Program-made: the position numbers and the translations under genes
Notes under the pieces: model-generated
The model's input: the letters and a program-made list of their open reading frames with translations, nothing else
Told to the model about the DNA's origin: nothing
The model's database searches: none
Shown here: one piece after another, positions 1 to 6,808 of the stretch
Position numbering within the stretch: the stretch's first letter is position 1
Layout: each line of letters opens with the position of its first letter
Source of the DNA: a bacterium
Lineage (GTDB): Bacteria > Fidelibacterota > Marinisomatia > Marinisomatales > UBA1611
Reading direction: 5' to 3'
Assembly (NCBI GenBank): GCA_038127595.1
Contig: JAYPIC010000033.1
Location: 1 to 19,217 of the forward strand
DNA length: 19,217 nucleotides

Positions 1-411
1 GCATCAGGCTTTTTAGCATCACAATCAGATTCATCTTTTTCTTTGATTCTTGCCACACCTAGTGGCTACAGCGTCAGCCTTCCTGCTACGTCCACTGCAT
101 TATCTACAATTGCAGATAATATTATAAGTCCTAGCGTTTTTAAATTAAACCAAAATTATCCTAATCCATTTAATCCTTCAACATCAATTGACTTTGAAGT
201 TTTTGAATCATCAAAGGTCTCTTTAAATGTGTATGATTTAAGTGGAAGGCTAGTCAAAAATTTACTTTCTGGAAATCTAAATAGCGGTGCTTACAGTATA
301 GAATGGAATGGGAAAAGTACCAATGGCATTTCTGCAGCAGCAGGAGTGTATTTTTACTCGTTATCCTCAGAAGAAAACACAATAATTAAAAAGATGTCAT
401 TGATTAAGTAA
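1..411 (+). CDS. Partial (5'-truncated) secreted protein ending in a FlgD-Ig / T9SS type A sorting-like C-terminal domain
   Basis: Frame 1 is open from base 1 (GCA TCA GGC...) to TAA at 409-411, so the TTG at 43 is unlikely to be the true start. The C-terminus has the typical CTD signature 'FKLNQNYPNPFNPSTSIDF...VYDLSGRLVKNL...WNGK...AAGVYFY...KKMSLIK'. Confidence 0.88.
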   Translation, partial: ASGFLASQSDSSFSLILATPSGYSVSLPATSTALSTIADNIISPSVFKLNQNYPNPFNPSTSIDFEVFESSKVSLNVYDLSGRLVKNLLSGNLNSGAYSIEWNGKSTNGISAAAGVYFYSLSSEENTIIKKMSLIK

Positions 412-430
412 TTTTTCAACGTCATGAAAT

Positions 431-462
431 GGTGCTGGGTGCATTTAGTCTCGCCCAGCACC
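431..462. terminator. GC-rich stem-loop (possible intrinsic terminator or structured RNA element)
   Basis: Perfect 9-bp inverted repeat GGTGCTGGG (431-439) / CCCAGCACC (454-462), extendable by a U-G pair, 20 nt after the upstream stop. No U-tract on + (CCTCCCT follows) and only ATTTC on -. Confidence 0.5.
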
Positions 463-571
463 CCTCCCTAACAATTAATCTTCCAATTTCGTTTAACACA
501 TGATACCATCAAACAATTTTATTAATATACGGTTGATCAATGACAGTATATTTATTGGACATAGAATCATA

Positions 572-862
572 ATGGAATATCTTCTTTTGGGCGTAATAGC
601 ACCGACCGTGCTGAATCTAATTCATCTAGGTATTGGGCTTTTTGTTACAAAAAATCAAGGAAATATCTATGGAGTAGGTTTTTCAGCCATAGGCTTTGTT
701 TCCAAAACCGCAGGCATGGTATTTTTAACTTGGCTTGGCGTTTCTTACATCGGATTGGACTTCAAAATATATGTTCCTCTATTAACATTTTTTTGGTTTA
801 TTACCCATATTTTGGAAGCATTCATAATTAATAGTGCAATGAAAAAAAATATCGATAAATGA
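572..862 (+). CDS. Hypothetical inner-membrane protein (~96 aa, about 3 TM helices)
   Basis: The ORF track starts at 500, but the hydrophobic body starts at the in-frame ATG at 572 (MEYLLLGVIAPTVLNLIHLGIGLFV...). Three hydrophobic segments and a basic tail; no recognisable motif. Confidence 0.7.
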   Translation: MEYLLLGVIAPTVLNLIHLGIGLFVTKNQGNIYGVGFSAIGFVSKTAGMVFLTWLGVSYIGLDFKIYVPLLTFFWFITHILEAFIINSAMKKNIDK

Positions 863-913
863 GATTTTTAATTTCTTTGCTAAAATGTATCTTAAAAGTT
901 TAAGCGCTCAAAA

Positions 914-2128
914 TTGAAGTTAGATAGTGATTATTTTAGCAACATAATTTCTCGACTAGGCGCTAAAGATTTGTTGGAAAATTTTACTGATCACAAATTG
1001 GCAAACTACAAAAGTAAAAGAAATTTTGATTACGGCAGTTATGAGAAAAATTTTGTGAGTGCATTATCACCAGCTCTTTCAAGAAGAATCATTACTGAGC
1101 AAGAAATCATCAAGCATGTATCCAGTCAATTTTCATTTGGGCAAATTGAAAAATTTGTAGATGAAATATGTTGGCGGACATATTGGAAAGGTTGGCTTGA
1201 GCACAGGCCAGCGGTTTGGTATGACTATTTATCCCAGTTAGAGAGTTTTGAGGACGAAAAAATCAATAACCCACTTTATCTTAAGGCAATTAAGGGTAAT
1301 ACAGGGTTAGAATGTTTTGATTCTTGGGTAAAAGATCTACTGGAATTTGGGTATCTACACAACCACTCTAGAATGTGGTTTGCAAGCATTTGGATATTTT
1401 ACTTTAATTTACCGTGGCAACTTGGAGCGGAATTTTTCTATCAAAATTTAATCGATGCAGATCCTGCATCAAATACGCTGTCATGGAGATGGGTAGCAGG
1501 CCTTCAGACTCAAGGTAAAAAATACATAACCTATAAAGAAAATATTGATCGCTTTACTGGCGGTAGGTTCAGTTTTCCAGATAATTTTGTGCTTTCTGAT
1601 AGAATGACTGATAATTATGTTTACTATGAGCCTAATTATCAAGTTTTAGAAAGCAATACCACAAATTCAAAAAACAAAGGTTACATGGTAATTGAAGATG
1701 ATCTTTCATTTACAAATGTCATGAAAGATAGTCCAATTTTGATCCAATCTGAGTCTTATAACCCATTTGGTCAAAGTGAAAATGTAAAGTATTTTTCTGA
1801 TAGAGCATTAAAGAGTGCTAAAGAGTATTGTAAAAAAAATATCAGTAAAAATGTAGCAACTTTTAAATGGAGTAACGTAGAAGAAATAAACGATTGGGTT
1901 ATTACAAATAAGATAGATGAGGTCGAGATAATTTCGCCAACTGTAGGAAAGTTTGAAAAACTAATTCCTTCTACGTTTAAAAGGTTAGATGTCAAATCAT
2001 CTTATTTTTTTCATGACTGGGATAAGTTGTTTTGGAGACATGCTGATAAAGGTTTTTTCAAGTTGAAGAAAAATATAAAAACAATTGTATCTCCATTTTG
2101 GAATATGCCTTTATTTAACTCTGATTAA
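914..2128 (+). CDS. DNA photolyase/cryptochrome family FAD-binding protein, inverted-domain (NewPHL-like) class
   Basis: FAD-binding motifs sit in the N-terminal half: 'VSALSPALSRRIITE', 'KFVDEICWRTYWKGWLEHRP', 'GYLHNHSRMWFASIW', 'LPWQLGAEFF', 'DADPASNTLSWRWVAGLQT'. It is 404 aa with no N-terminal antenna domain, and the C-terminal region ends 'WD..FWRHADKGFFKLKK'. Confidence 0.9.
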   Translation: MKLDSDYFSNIISRLGAKDLLENFTDHKLANYKSKRNFDYGSYEKNFVSALSPALSRRIITEQEIIKHVSSQFSFGQIEKFVDEICWRTYWKGWLEHRPAVWYDYLSQLESFEDEKINNPLYLKAIKGNTGLECFDSWVKDLLEFGYLHNHSRMWFASIWIFYFNLPWQLGAEFFYQNLIDADPASNTLSWRWVAGLQTQGKKYITYKENIDRFTGGRFSFPDNFVLSDRMTDNYVYYEPNYQVLESNTTNSKNKGYMVIEDDLSFTNVMKDSPILIQSESYNPFGQSENVKYFSDRALKSAKEYCKKNISKNVATFKWSNVEEINDWVITNKIDEVEIISPTVGKFEKLIPSTFKRLDVKSSYFFHDWDKLFWRHADKGFFKLKKNIKTIVSPFWNMPLFNSD

Positions 2129-2129
2129 T

Positions 2130-2546
2130 ATGAAATTCCCAGTCATACCAGTATCATCTGGACTAATCATCCAAAATAATAAAGTACTTATTGGTTTGCG
2201 CTCTAGGAGCGATAATGGAGGTGGACTTTGGGAATTTCCTGGTGGCAAAATTGAAATTGATGAGTCTAGTGAAAATGCGGTTATTAGAGAGTTAAGTGAA
2301 GAGCTTGACATCATTGTCCGTAAACCAAAAAAAATAATGCAGTATTTACATCGCTTTAAAAATTTGATCTATGATATATCTTTTTTTGAAGTGATCTCAT
2401 TCAAAGGTTCCATAAAGAAAATAGTACATGATGAACTTGAATGGGTAGACCTTGATTCTATTAAAAATTATAATTTTATATCTGGTGATTTGTTGATCAT
2501 TGATAGACTCATTAATGAGCCAAGTTTAGTAAAAGGATTAGAATAA
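2130..2546 (+). CDS. mutT: MutT-like Nudix hydrolase ((d)NTP pyrophosphohydrolase)
   Basis: Nudix box 'WEFPGGKIEIDESSENAVIRELSEELDI' plus the MutT/NudG-type 'HDELEWV...F..GD'. The ATG at 2130 lies 1 nt after the photolyase stop and is preferred over the overlapping start at 2085. MutT versus NudG specificity cannot be resolved. Confidence 0.85.
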   Translation: MKFPVIPVSSGLIIQNNKVLIGLRSRSDNGGGLWEFPGGKIEIDESSENAVIRELSEELDIIVRKPKKIMQYLHRFKNLIYDISFFEVISFKGSIKKIVHDELEWVDLDSIKNYNFISGDLLIIDRLINEPSLVKGLE

Positions 2547-2561
2547 TGTGGAGAGTGCTCA

Positions 2562-2999
2562 ATGAAGTATAGACAGTCTGTGATTGTTAAAAATGTAACG
2601 CTTCAAAAAGCAAATGAAACGTTTAATGACATTAAGTTTTTAAAATATTTGATAGCCCTTCAGCCGGTAAGAATAATTAATTGGGATGGTACGTATGATG
2701 GCGCAGAGGCACATATGAAGTTTTGGTTTTTTGGATGGAAAGATTTTAAAGTTACTCATGGTGAAAATAGGAGTGAGAAAAACCTATTTTCTTTCAAAGA
2801 TATTGGTTCTGTTTTGCCTTTTGGGTTATCGAAGTGGGAGCATACCCACATTGTTTTAAAAAAAGAAAACAATGTAGAAATTATTGATGAATTAAATTTC
2901 AAAGGGCCAAATAGTCTGATCATGTTTTTTGTAGCGCCAGTTCTCATTTTCCCAATTTTTTTGCGTAGAGTACTTTACAGGACTTATAGTTGGGATTGA
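2562..2999 (+). CDS. SRPBCC (START/Bet v1-like) family protein
   Basis: 145 aa; the pattern 'FSFKDIG..LPFGLSKWEHTH.V......IIDELNF....P.F..R' matches SRPBCC proteins. GGAG RBS lies upstream. Confidence 0.7.
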   Translation: MKYRQSVIVKNVTLQKANETFNDIKFLKYLIALQPVRIINWDGTYDGAEAHMKFWFFGWKDFKVTHGENRSEKNLFSFKDIGSVLPFGLSKWEHTHIVLKKENNVEIIDELNFKGPNSLIMFFVAPVLIFPIFLRRVLYRTYSWD

Positions 3000-3163
3000 T
3001 GTCCAAACAAAATAAAAGATATCTACCATCTAAGATGTGCCCTATTTGTGATCGACCATTTATATGGAGAAAAAAATGGAGATTGAACTGGGATGAAGTA
3101 AAGTATTGTTCAAAAAAATGCTCAGGTAATAATAAAAAGAACGTTTTGAGCGTTTCATTGTAA
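2999..3163 (+). CDS. DUF2256 domain small Cys-rich protein (54 aa; not in ORF track)
   Basis: Manual translation: MSKQNKRYLPSKMCPICDRPFIWRKKWRLNWDEVKYCSKKCSGNNKKNVLSVSL*. It matches the DUF2256 signature LPxKxCxxCxRPFxWRKKWxxxWxEVKYCSxxC, and its start overlaps the upstream stop (TGATG). Confidence 0.92.
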   Translation: MSKQNKRYLPSKMCPICDRPFIWRKKWRLNWDEVKYCSKKCSGNNKKNVLSVSL

Positions 3164-3205
3164 TTTTATTTTGTTATCTTATCTTTTTTAATACTAAAAT
3201 TAAAT

Positions 3206-3679
3206 ATGAATAGAAGAGAGTTTATAAAAAACAGCTGTGGCATTGCATGTGCTTGTGTAGGTATATCTGCTATCAGTTTACTTCAAAGTTGTGAAGATAA
3301 TAAAGCTTATGAACAGAATACCAATGAGGGAGGGGGTACTCCTGATAGTGATAATCAAATAGTCATTAGCTTACAAGACTCTCCATATCAAAATTTAACT
3401 AATGTTGGTGGCACCGCTGTAATGAGTTCAAATTCAATCGATTCATTAGGACTGCTTTTGATACGATCTTCTGAAACGCAAATTAAAGCATTTTCTAGGA
3501 GGTGTACTCATTCTTCTTACCGAGTAAATGCATTCAACAGTCAAGGTTTAGCAGTTTGTAGTTCTGGTCATGGCGGTAGCTTTAACACGAATGGACAAGT
3601 TGCTGCTGGCCCTCCTAATGCAAATCTTGCTTCTTACAACACAACTTTAGAAAATGATACCTTAACTATTTTTGGTTAG
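3206..3679 (+). CDS. Tat-exported Rieske [2Fe-2S] lipoprotein
   Basis: Twin-arginine signal 'MNRREFIK', lipobox-like 'LLQSC', Rieske boxes 'AFSRRCTH' and 'CSSGHGGSF...G....GPP...L..Y'. Confidence 0.85.
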   Translation: MNRREFIKNSCGIACACVGISAISLLQSCEDNKAYEQNTNEGGGTPDSDNQIVISLQDSPYQNLTNVGGTAVMSSNSIDSLGLLLIRSSETQIKAFSRRCTHSSYRVNAFNSQGLAVCSSGHGGSFNTNGQVAAGPPNANLASYNTTLENDTLTIFG

Positions 3680-3691
3680 AAAGAGAATATT

Positions 3692-3886
3692 ATGCTAAAA
3701 AATATAAATTTATTTATAGTCTCATTGCTAGCGATAGAGTTTTTTTCATTATTGCTTGGATATGGCACACACTTTGAACATTACAAATATGCTATTATGC
3801 TTAGCATAGTGATTTTAAACTATCTTTTTATCAAGAGTCAGTCTAAAGTCAAAGTATTGAAACAGCCTAGTAACAAACAATTATAG
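3692..3886 (+). CDS. Small hypothetical membrane protein (64 aa, 2 TM)
   Basis: Fills the gap between the Rieske and DUF6370 genes in the same orientation, with two hydrophobic segments and a basic tail. Confidence 0.6.
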   Translation: MLKNINLFIVSLLAIEFFSLLLGYGTHFEHYKYAIMLSIVILNYLFIKSQSKVKVLKQPSNKQL

Positions 3887-3897
3887 GAGCGATTGTT

Positions 3898-4272
3898 ATG
3901 AATTTTAAGTATATAGTTTACATTGCATTATTCACATCATTCTTTTTAAATCAGTTAGATGCAGGTTGTGGCTCCTGTGCAGCTGACAGGAATAAGACTA
4001 AAAAGGCCTTCATTGAAAATATACCATCTAATGGTAAGATCGATGGTAAAACATTTGCCTCATGCGGAATGTGTAATTTTGATACTGGGGAAAGAAATTG
4101 TGGTTTATCTGTTAAGATAGGTAAAGATGTGATTAAGGTTGTAAATGTAGATATTGATGCTCATATCGATTCTCATGCCAAGGACGGGTTCTGTAATGTT
4201 GTTAGAATTGTAAAGGTTAAAGGTAAAGTCAAAAATAATAAACTTTACGCTGACTCTTTTTCAGTATTATAA
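3898..4272 (+). CDS. DUF6370-like secreted Cys/His-rich protein
   Basis: Signal peptide followed by 'ASCGMCNF....CGLSVKIG.....V....IDAHIDSHAKDGFCNVVR.VKVKG', the pattern recalled for DUF6370 proteins. AGGAG RBS at 3885-3889. Confidence 0.75.
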   Translation: MNFKYIVYIALFTSFFLNQLDAGCGSCAADRNKTKKAFIENIPSNGKIDGKTFASCGMCNFDTGERNCGLSVKIGKDVIKVVNVDIDAHIDSHAKDGFCNVVRIVKVKGKVKNNKLYADSFSVL

Positions 4273-4274
4273 TT

Positions 4275-5645
4275 TTAGCTACGAACCTTTTTAAAATAAT
4301 ATACGCTACCAGTCGCTGTAAGTCCGATTCCAAGTAAAGATGGAATTGGGGCTGTTATAAGAGTTAGTGTTAAGAAAGAAGTATACAAAACTAGTACTAT
4401 TATCATGCTAGTTGGGTAGAGGAATGCTTTATATGGCCTATCTTTATCAGGATATTTTTTTCTCAAAATATAAATAGAGCCGAAAGTTAGTATATTAAAA
4501 ATAGTACTCGTAGCAGAGAAAAAATCAATTACAGTTTCATACATATTATTTCCTGTATCTCCAGACTGAAAGTAGCTTGATAAAATTGCCCCAGTGAGAA
4601 GTACGGTAGCCCATACTCCTTGGCCAATTAGAGCATTATTTGGAGTGGCATAGGTTGGATGAAGCTTTTTGAAGCTGTCAAAAAAAAGTCCATCTCTTGC
4701 CATAGCGTGCCATGATCTGCCCTTACACAGAATTTGAGTACTTATATTGCCGAAAGCATTTATTGCTACTGCAATCGAAATTAAAATTCCTCCAGTAGCG
4801 CCCATGACAACTTCAACTGCTTTTGTGGCAACCCATTTATTTTGCTTTATAGTTTCAATGTCTAATTGATATATATAGCCAACATTCGCTCCGAGATATA
4901 AAACCATTATCCCAGATATTCCTAAAAATAAAGAAATAGGTAAGGTTTTTCCTGGGTTTTTAACCTCTTCGGCCATGTATGTTGCACCTTCCCATCCACT
5001 AAAGGCAAAAAAGGAATACCTTAATGCTGCTCCTATAGCTAATACAGTATGCCATCCAAAATCCTCAGGCCAGAATGGGTCTGTGAAGTGACTTGTATCA
5101 CCAGTAGAAAACCCTGTTAAAGTGATACCTATAATTGCACCGACAGCAATTACTTTAGTAGCACCAAAAATAACTTGAAATTTCCCACTTAAACTCACTC
5201 CAAACAGATTTATTGCCGTTAAAAGCCAAATGGTAAATAATGATAGAATGAAAGTGGGAAAGATTCCAAAGGGCTCACCAGAAATAATTTGAAATATTGC
5301 ATTAATGAATTCTGTAAAAACAAGCGAGACAGCTACTATTGAAGCAGTCTCAGAAACAAAAAACATTGCCCACCCTCTTAAAAAGGCAATATATGGTCCA
5401 TAAGCCTCTTTTAAAAAAACATATGGACCACCTGATTTTGGGATCATTGCAGTTAGCTCTGCATAGACTACAGCACCAAAAATAGTGATTATACCACCAA
5501 GTACCCAAACTAGCCCAAAAAGAGACGTACAACCCACTAACGCCATTATTGGGGCTGGTGTCCGAAAAATTCCTGAACCAATAATCCTGCTAATTACAAT
5601 TGCGGTTGATTCTTTGATTCCTAAATTTTTTTTGTAATCTGTCAA
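4275..5645 (-). CDS. APC-superfamily amino acid permease (LAT/SteT-like)
   Basis: TM1 'IIGSGIF', 'YAEL...PKSGGPYVFL..AYG', TM6 'FAFSGWE...AEEVKNP', 'AMARDGLF', 'RPYK'; about 12 TM segments. The TTG at 5645, 10 nt after the spmB stop, is preferred over the 5693 start that overlaps spmB. Confidence 0.92.
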   Translation of the reverse strand: MTDYKKNLGIKESTAIVISRIIGSGIFRTPAPIMALVGCTSLFGLVWVLGGIITIFGAVVYAELTAMIPKSGGPYVFLKEAYGPYIAFLRGWAMFFVSETASIVAVSLVFTEFINAIFQIISGEPFGIFPTFILSLFTIWLLTAINLFGVSLSGKFQVIFGATKVIAVGAIIGITLTGFSTGDTSHFTDPFWPEDFGWHTVLAIGAALRYSFFAFSGWEGATYMAEEVKNPGKTLPISLFLGISGIMVLYLGANVGYIYQLDIETIKQNKWVATKAVEVVMGATGGILISIAVAINAFGNISTQILCKGRSWHAMARDGLFFDSFKKLHPTYATPNNALIGQGVWATVLLTGAILSSYFQSGDTGNNMYETVIDFFSATSTIFNILTFGSIYILRKKYPDKDRPYKAFLYPTSMIIVLVLYTSFLTLTLITAPIPSLLGIGLTATGSVYYFKKVRS

Positions 5646-5655
5646 AATGAATTGT

Positions 5656-6204
5656 TTATATGAATATGATTTTACAAATGTATACTGCTGCAATTACTCC
5701 AACGGCATCAGCAATCAAACCTGCTATGAGAGCATGTCTTGATTTTCGAATACCAACAGATCCAAAATAGACAGCTAATACATAAAAGGTGGTTTCAGTA
5801 GATCCAAACATTGTTGCTCCTATTTTCGTAAACAATGAATCTGTACCATATTCATTTACAAGGTCTGTGAACAGGCCCAATGATCCACTTCCTGATAATG
5901 GTCTCATTATAGCAAGAGGGACATTTTCTGGAGGGAAGCCGATAGCATTTAAAAAAGGAGATATTAGGGAAATGAATAATTCCATTGCGCCAGAGGCTCT
6001 AAACATTCCTATGGCAACAAGAATTGCTATGAGATATGGCATTATTCGAACAGCAATATCAAAGCCATCTTTTGCTCCATCGACAAATGATTCATAAACT
6101 TTTATTTTTTTAAAGACTAGGCCATAAAATGGTATGCCAACTAGCAAAAATGGAATGATATATTTTGAGATCTGATTTGTTAATAAGATAAAGCTATCGA
6201 TCAT
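5656..6204 (-). CDS. spmB: Spore maturation protein B family membrane protein (gate domain)
   Basis: 'VYESFVDGAKDGF...I.PYL..ILVAIGMFRASGA', 'PLAIMRPLSGSGS', 'GSTETTFYVLAVYFGSVGIRKSRHA' are characteristic of SpmB. Confidence 0.93.
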   Translation of the reverse strand: MIDSFILLTNQISKYIIPFLLVGIPFYGLVFKKIKVYESFVDGAKDGFDIAVRIMPYLIAILVAIGMFRASGAMELFISLISPFLNAIGFPPENVPLAIMRPLSGSGSLGLFTDLVNEYGTDSLFTKIGATMFGSTETTFYVLAVYFGSVGIRKSRHALIAGLIADAVGVIAAVYICKIIFI

Positions 6205-6800
6205 GCTAATTCCTTGCTGTTATCCAATTTAAATCGATCCATTTTTGACAACATTTTAACTGATACTATAGCTGCTACCGTGGATAGAGATGTTGCAAAT
6301 ATTGTTGTTATGAATATTTGACTAGAAGATGCACCCATTAGACCCACTACTGTAGCAGGCAAAATGATTTGAACACTTGATGTATTGATTGCTAAAAAGG
6401 TACACATAGCGTCTGTTGCTGTATCTTTTTGTTTGTTAAGACTCTGAAGCTGCTTCATTGCTTTAAGACCTAAAGGTGTTGCAGCATTTCCTAGCCCTAG
6501 CATATTTGCTGCCATATTAAGAACTATGGAGCCTATTGCAGGATGATCACTTGGGACATCTGGAAATAGTTTTATTGTTATTGGGCGTATTAGTCTTGCA
6601 ATAATATTAATAAGGCCGGATTCCTCAGCAATTTTCATTATACCTAGCCAAAGCGCCATAATACCAATTAAGCCAATAGCTATTTCTACGGAGGTTTTTG
6701 ACATAGAAATTGCAGCTTCAGTTACTTGATCTATTCTTCCTGTAATTGTCCCGACAACTACAGATATTAAAATGAGTCCAAACCAGATATAATTAAGCAT
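6201..6800 (-). CDS. spmA: Spore maturation protein A family membrane protein (nucleoside recognition gate domain)
   Basis: 'MLNYIW', 'LWLGIMKIAEESGL', 'LFPDVPSDHPA', 'ANMLGLGNAATPLGLKAM', 'FLAINTSSVQ'. ATGA overlap with spmB. Confidence 0.93.
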   Translation of the reverse strand: MLNYIWFGLILISVVVGTITGRIDQVTEAAISMSKTSVEIAIGLIGIMALWLGIMKIAEESGLINIIARLIRPITIKLFPDVPSDHPAIGSIVLNMAANMLGLGNAATPLGLKAMKQLQSLNKQKDTATDAMCTFLAINTSSVQIILPATVVGLMGASSSQIFITTIFATSLSTVAAIVSVKMLSKMDRFKLDNSKELA

Positions 6801-6808
6801 AAATAAAT

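Noticed and set aside
424..471. 15-codon ORF MKWCWVHLVSPSTPP as a leader peptide
   Set aside because: No RBS, no relevant biosynthetic operon downstream, and its composition is explained by the hairpin.
572..862. AtpI-like annotation for the small membrane protein
   Set aside because: The resemblance is only in size and hydrophobicity, and no atp genes are adjacent.
1771..2947. Minus-strand ORFs 1771-1995, 2111-2314 and 2756-2947
   Set aside because: Antisense shadows of the well-supported photolyase, Nudix and SRPBCC genes; no motifs.
5350..6097. ORFs 5350-5532 (-) and 5789-6097 (+)
   Set aside because: Nested off-frame in the permease or antisense to spmB. The Cys/Trp richness is an off-frame artefact.
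5656..6800. spmAB as evidence of endospore formation
   Set aside because: The family is widespread in non-sporulators, and the window encodes outer-membrane machinery and no sporulation genes.
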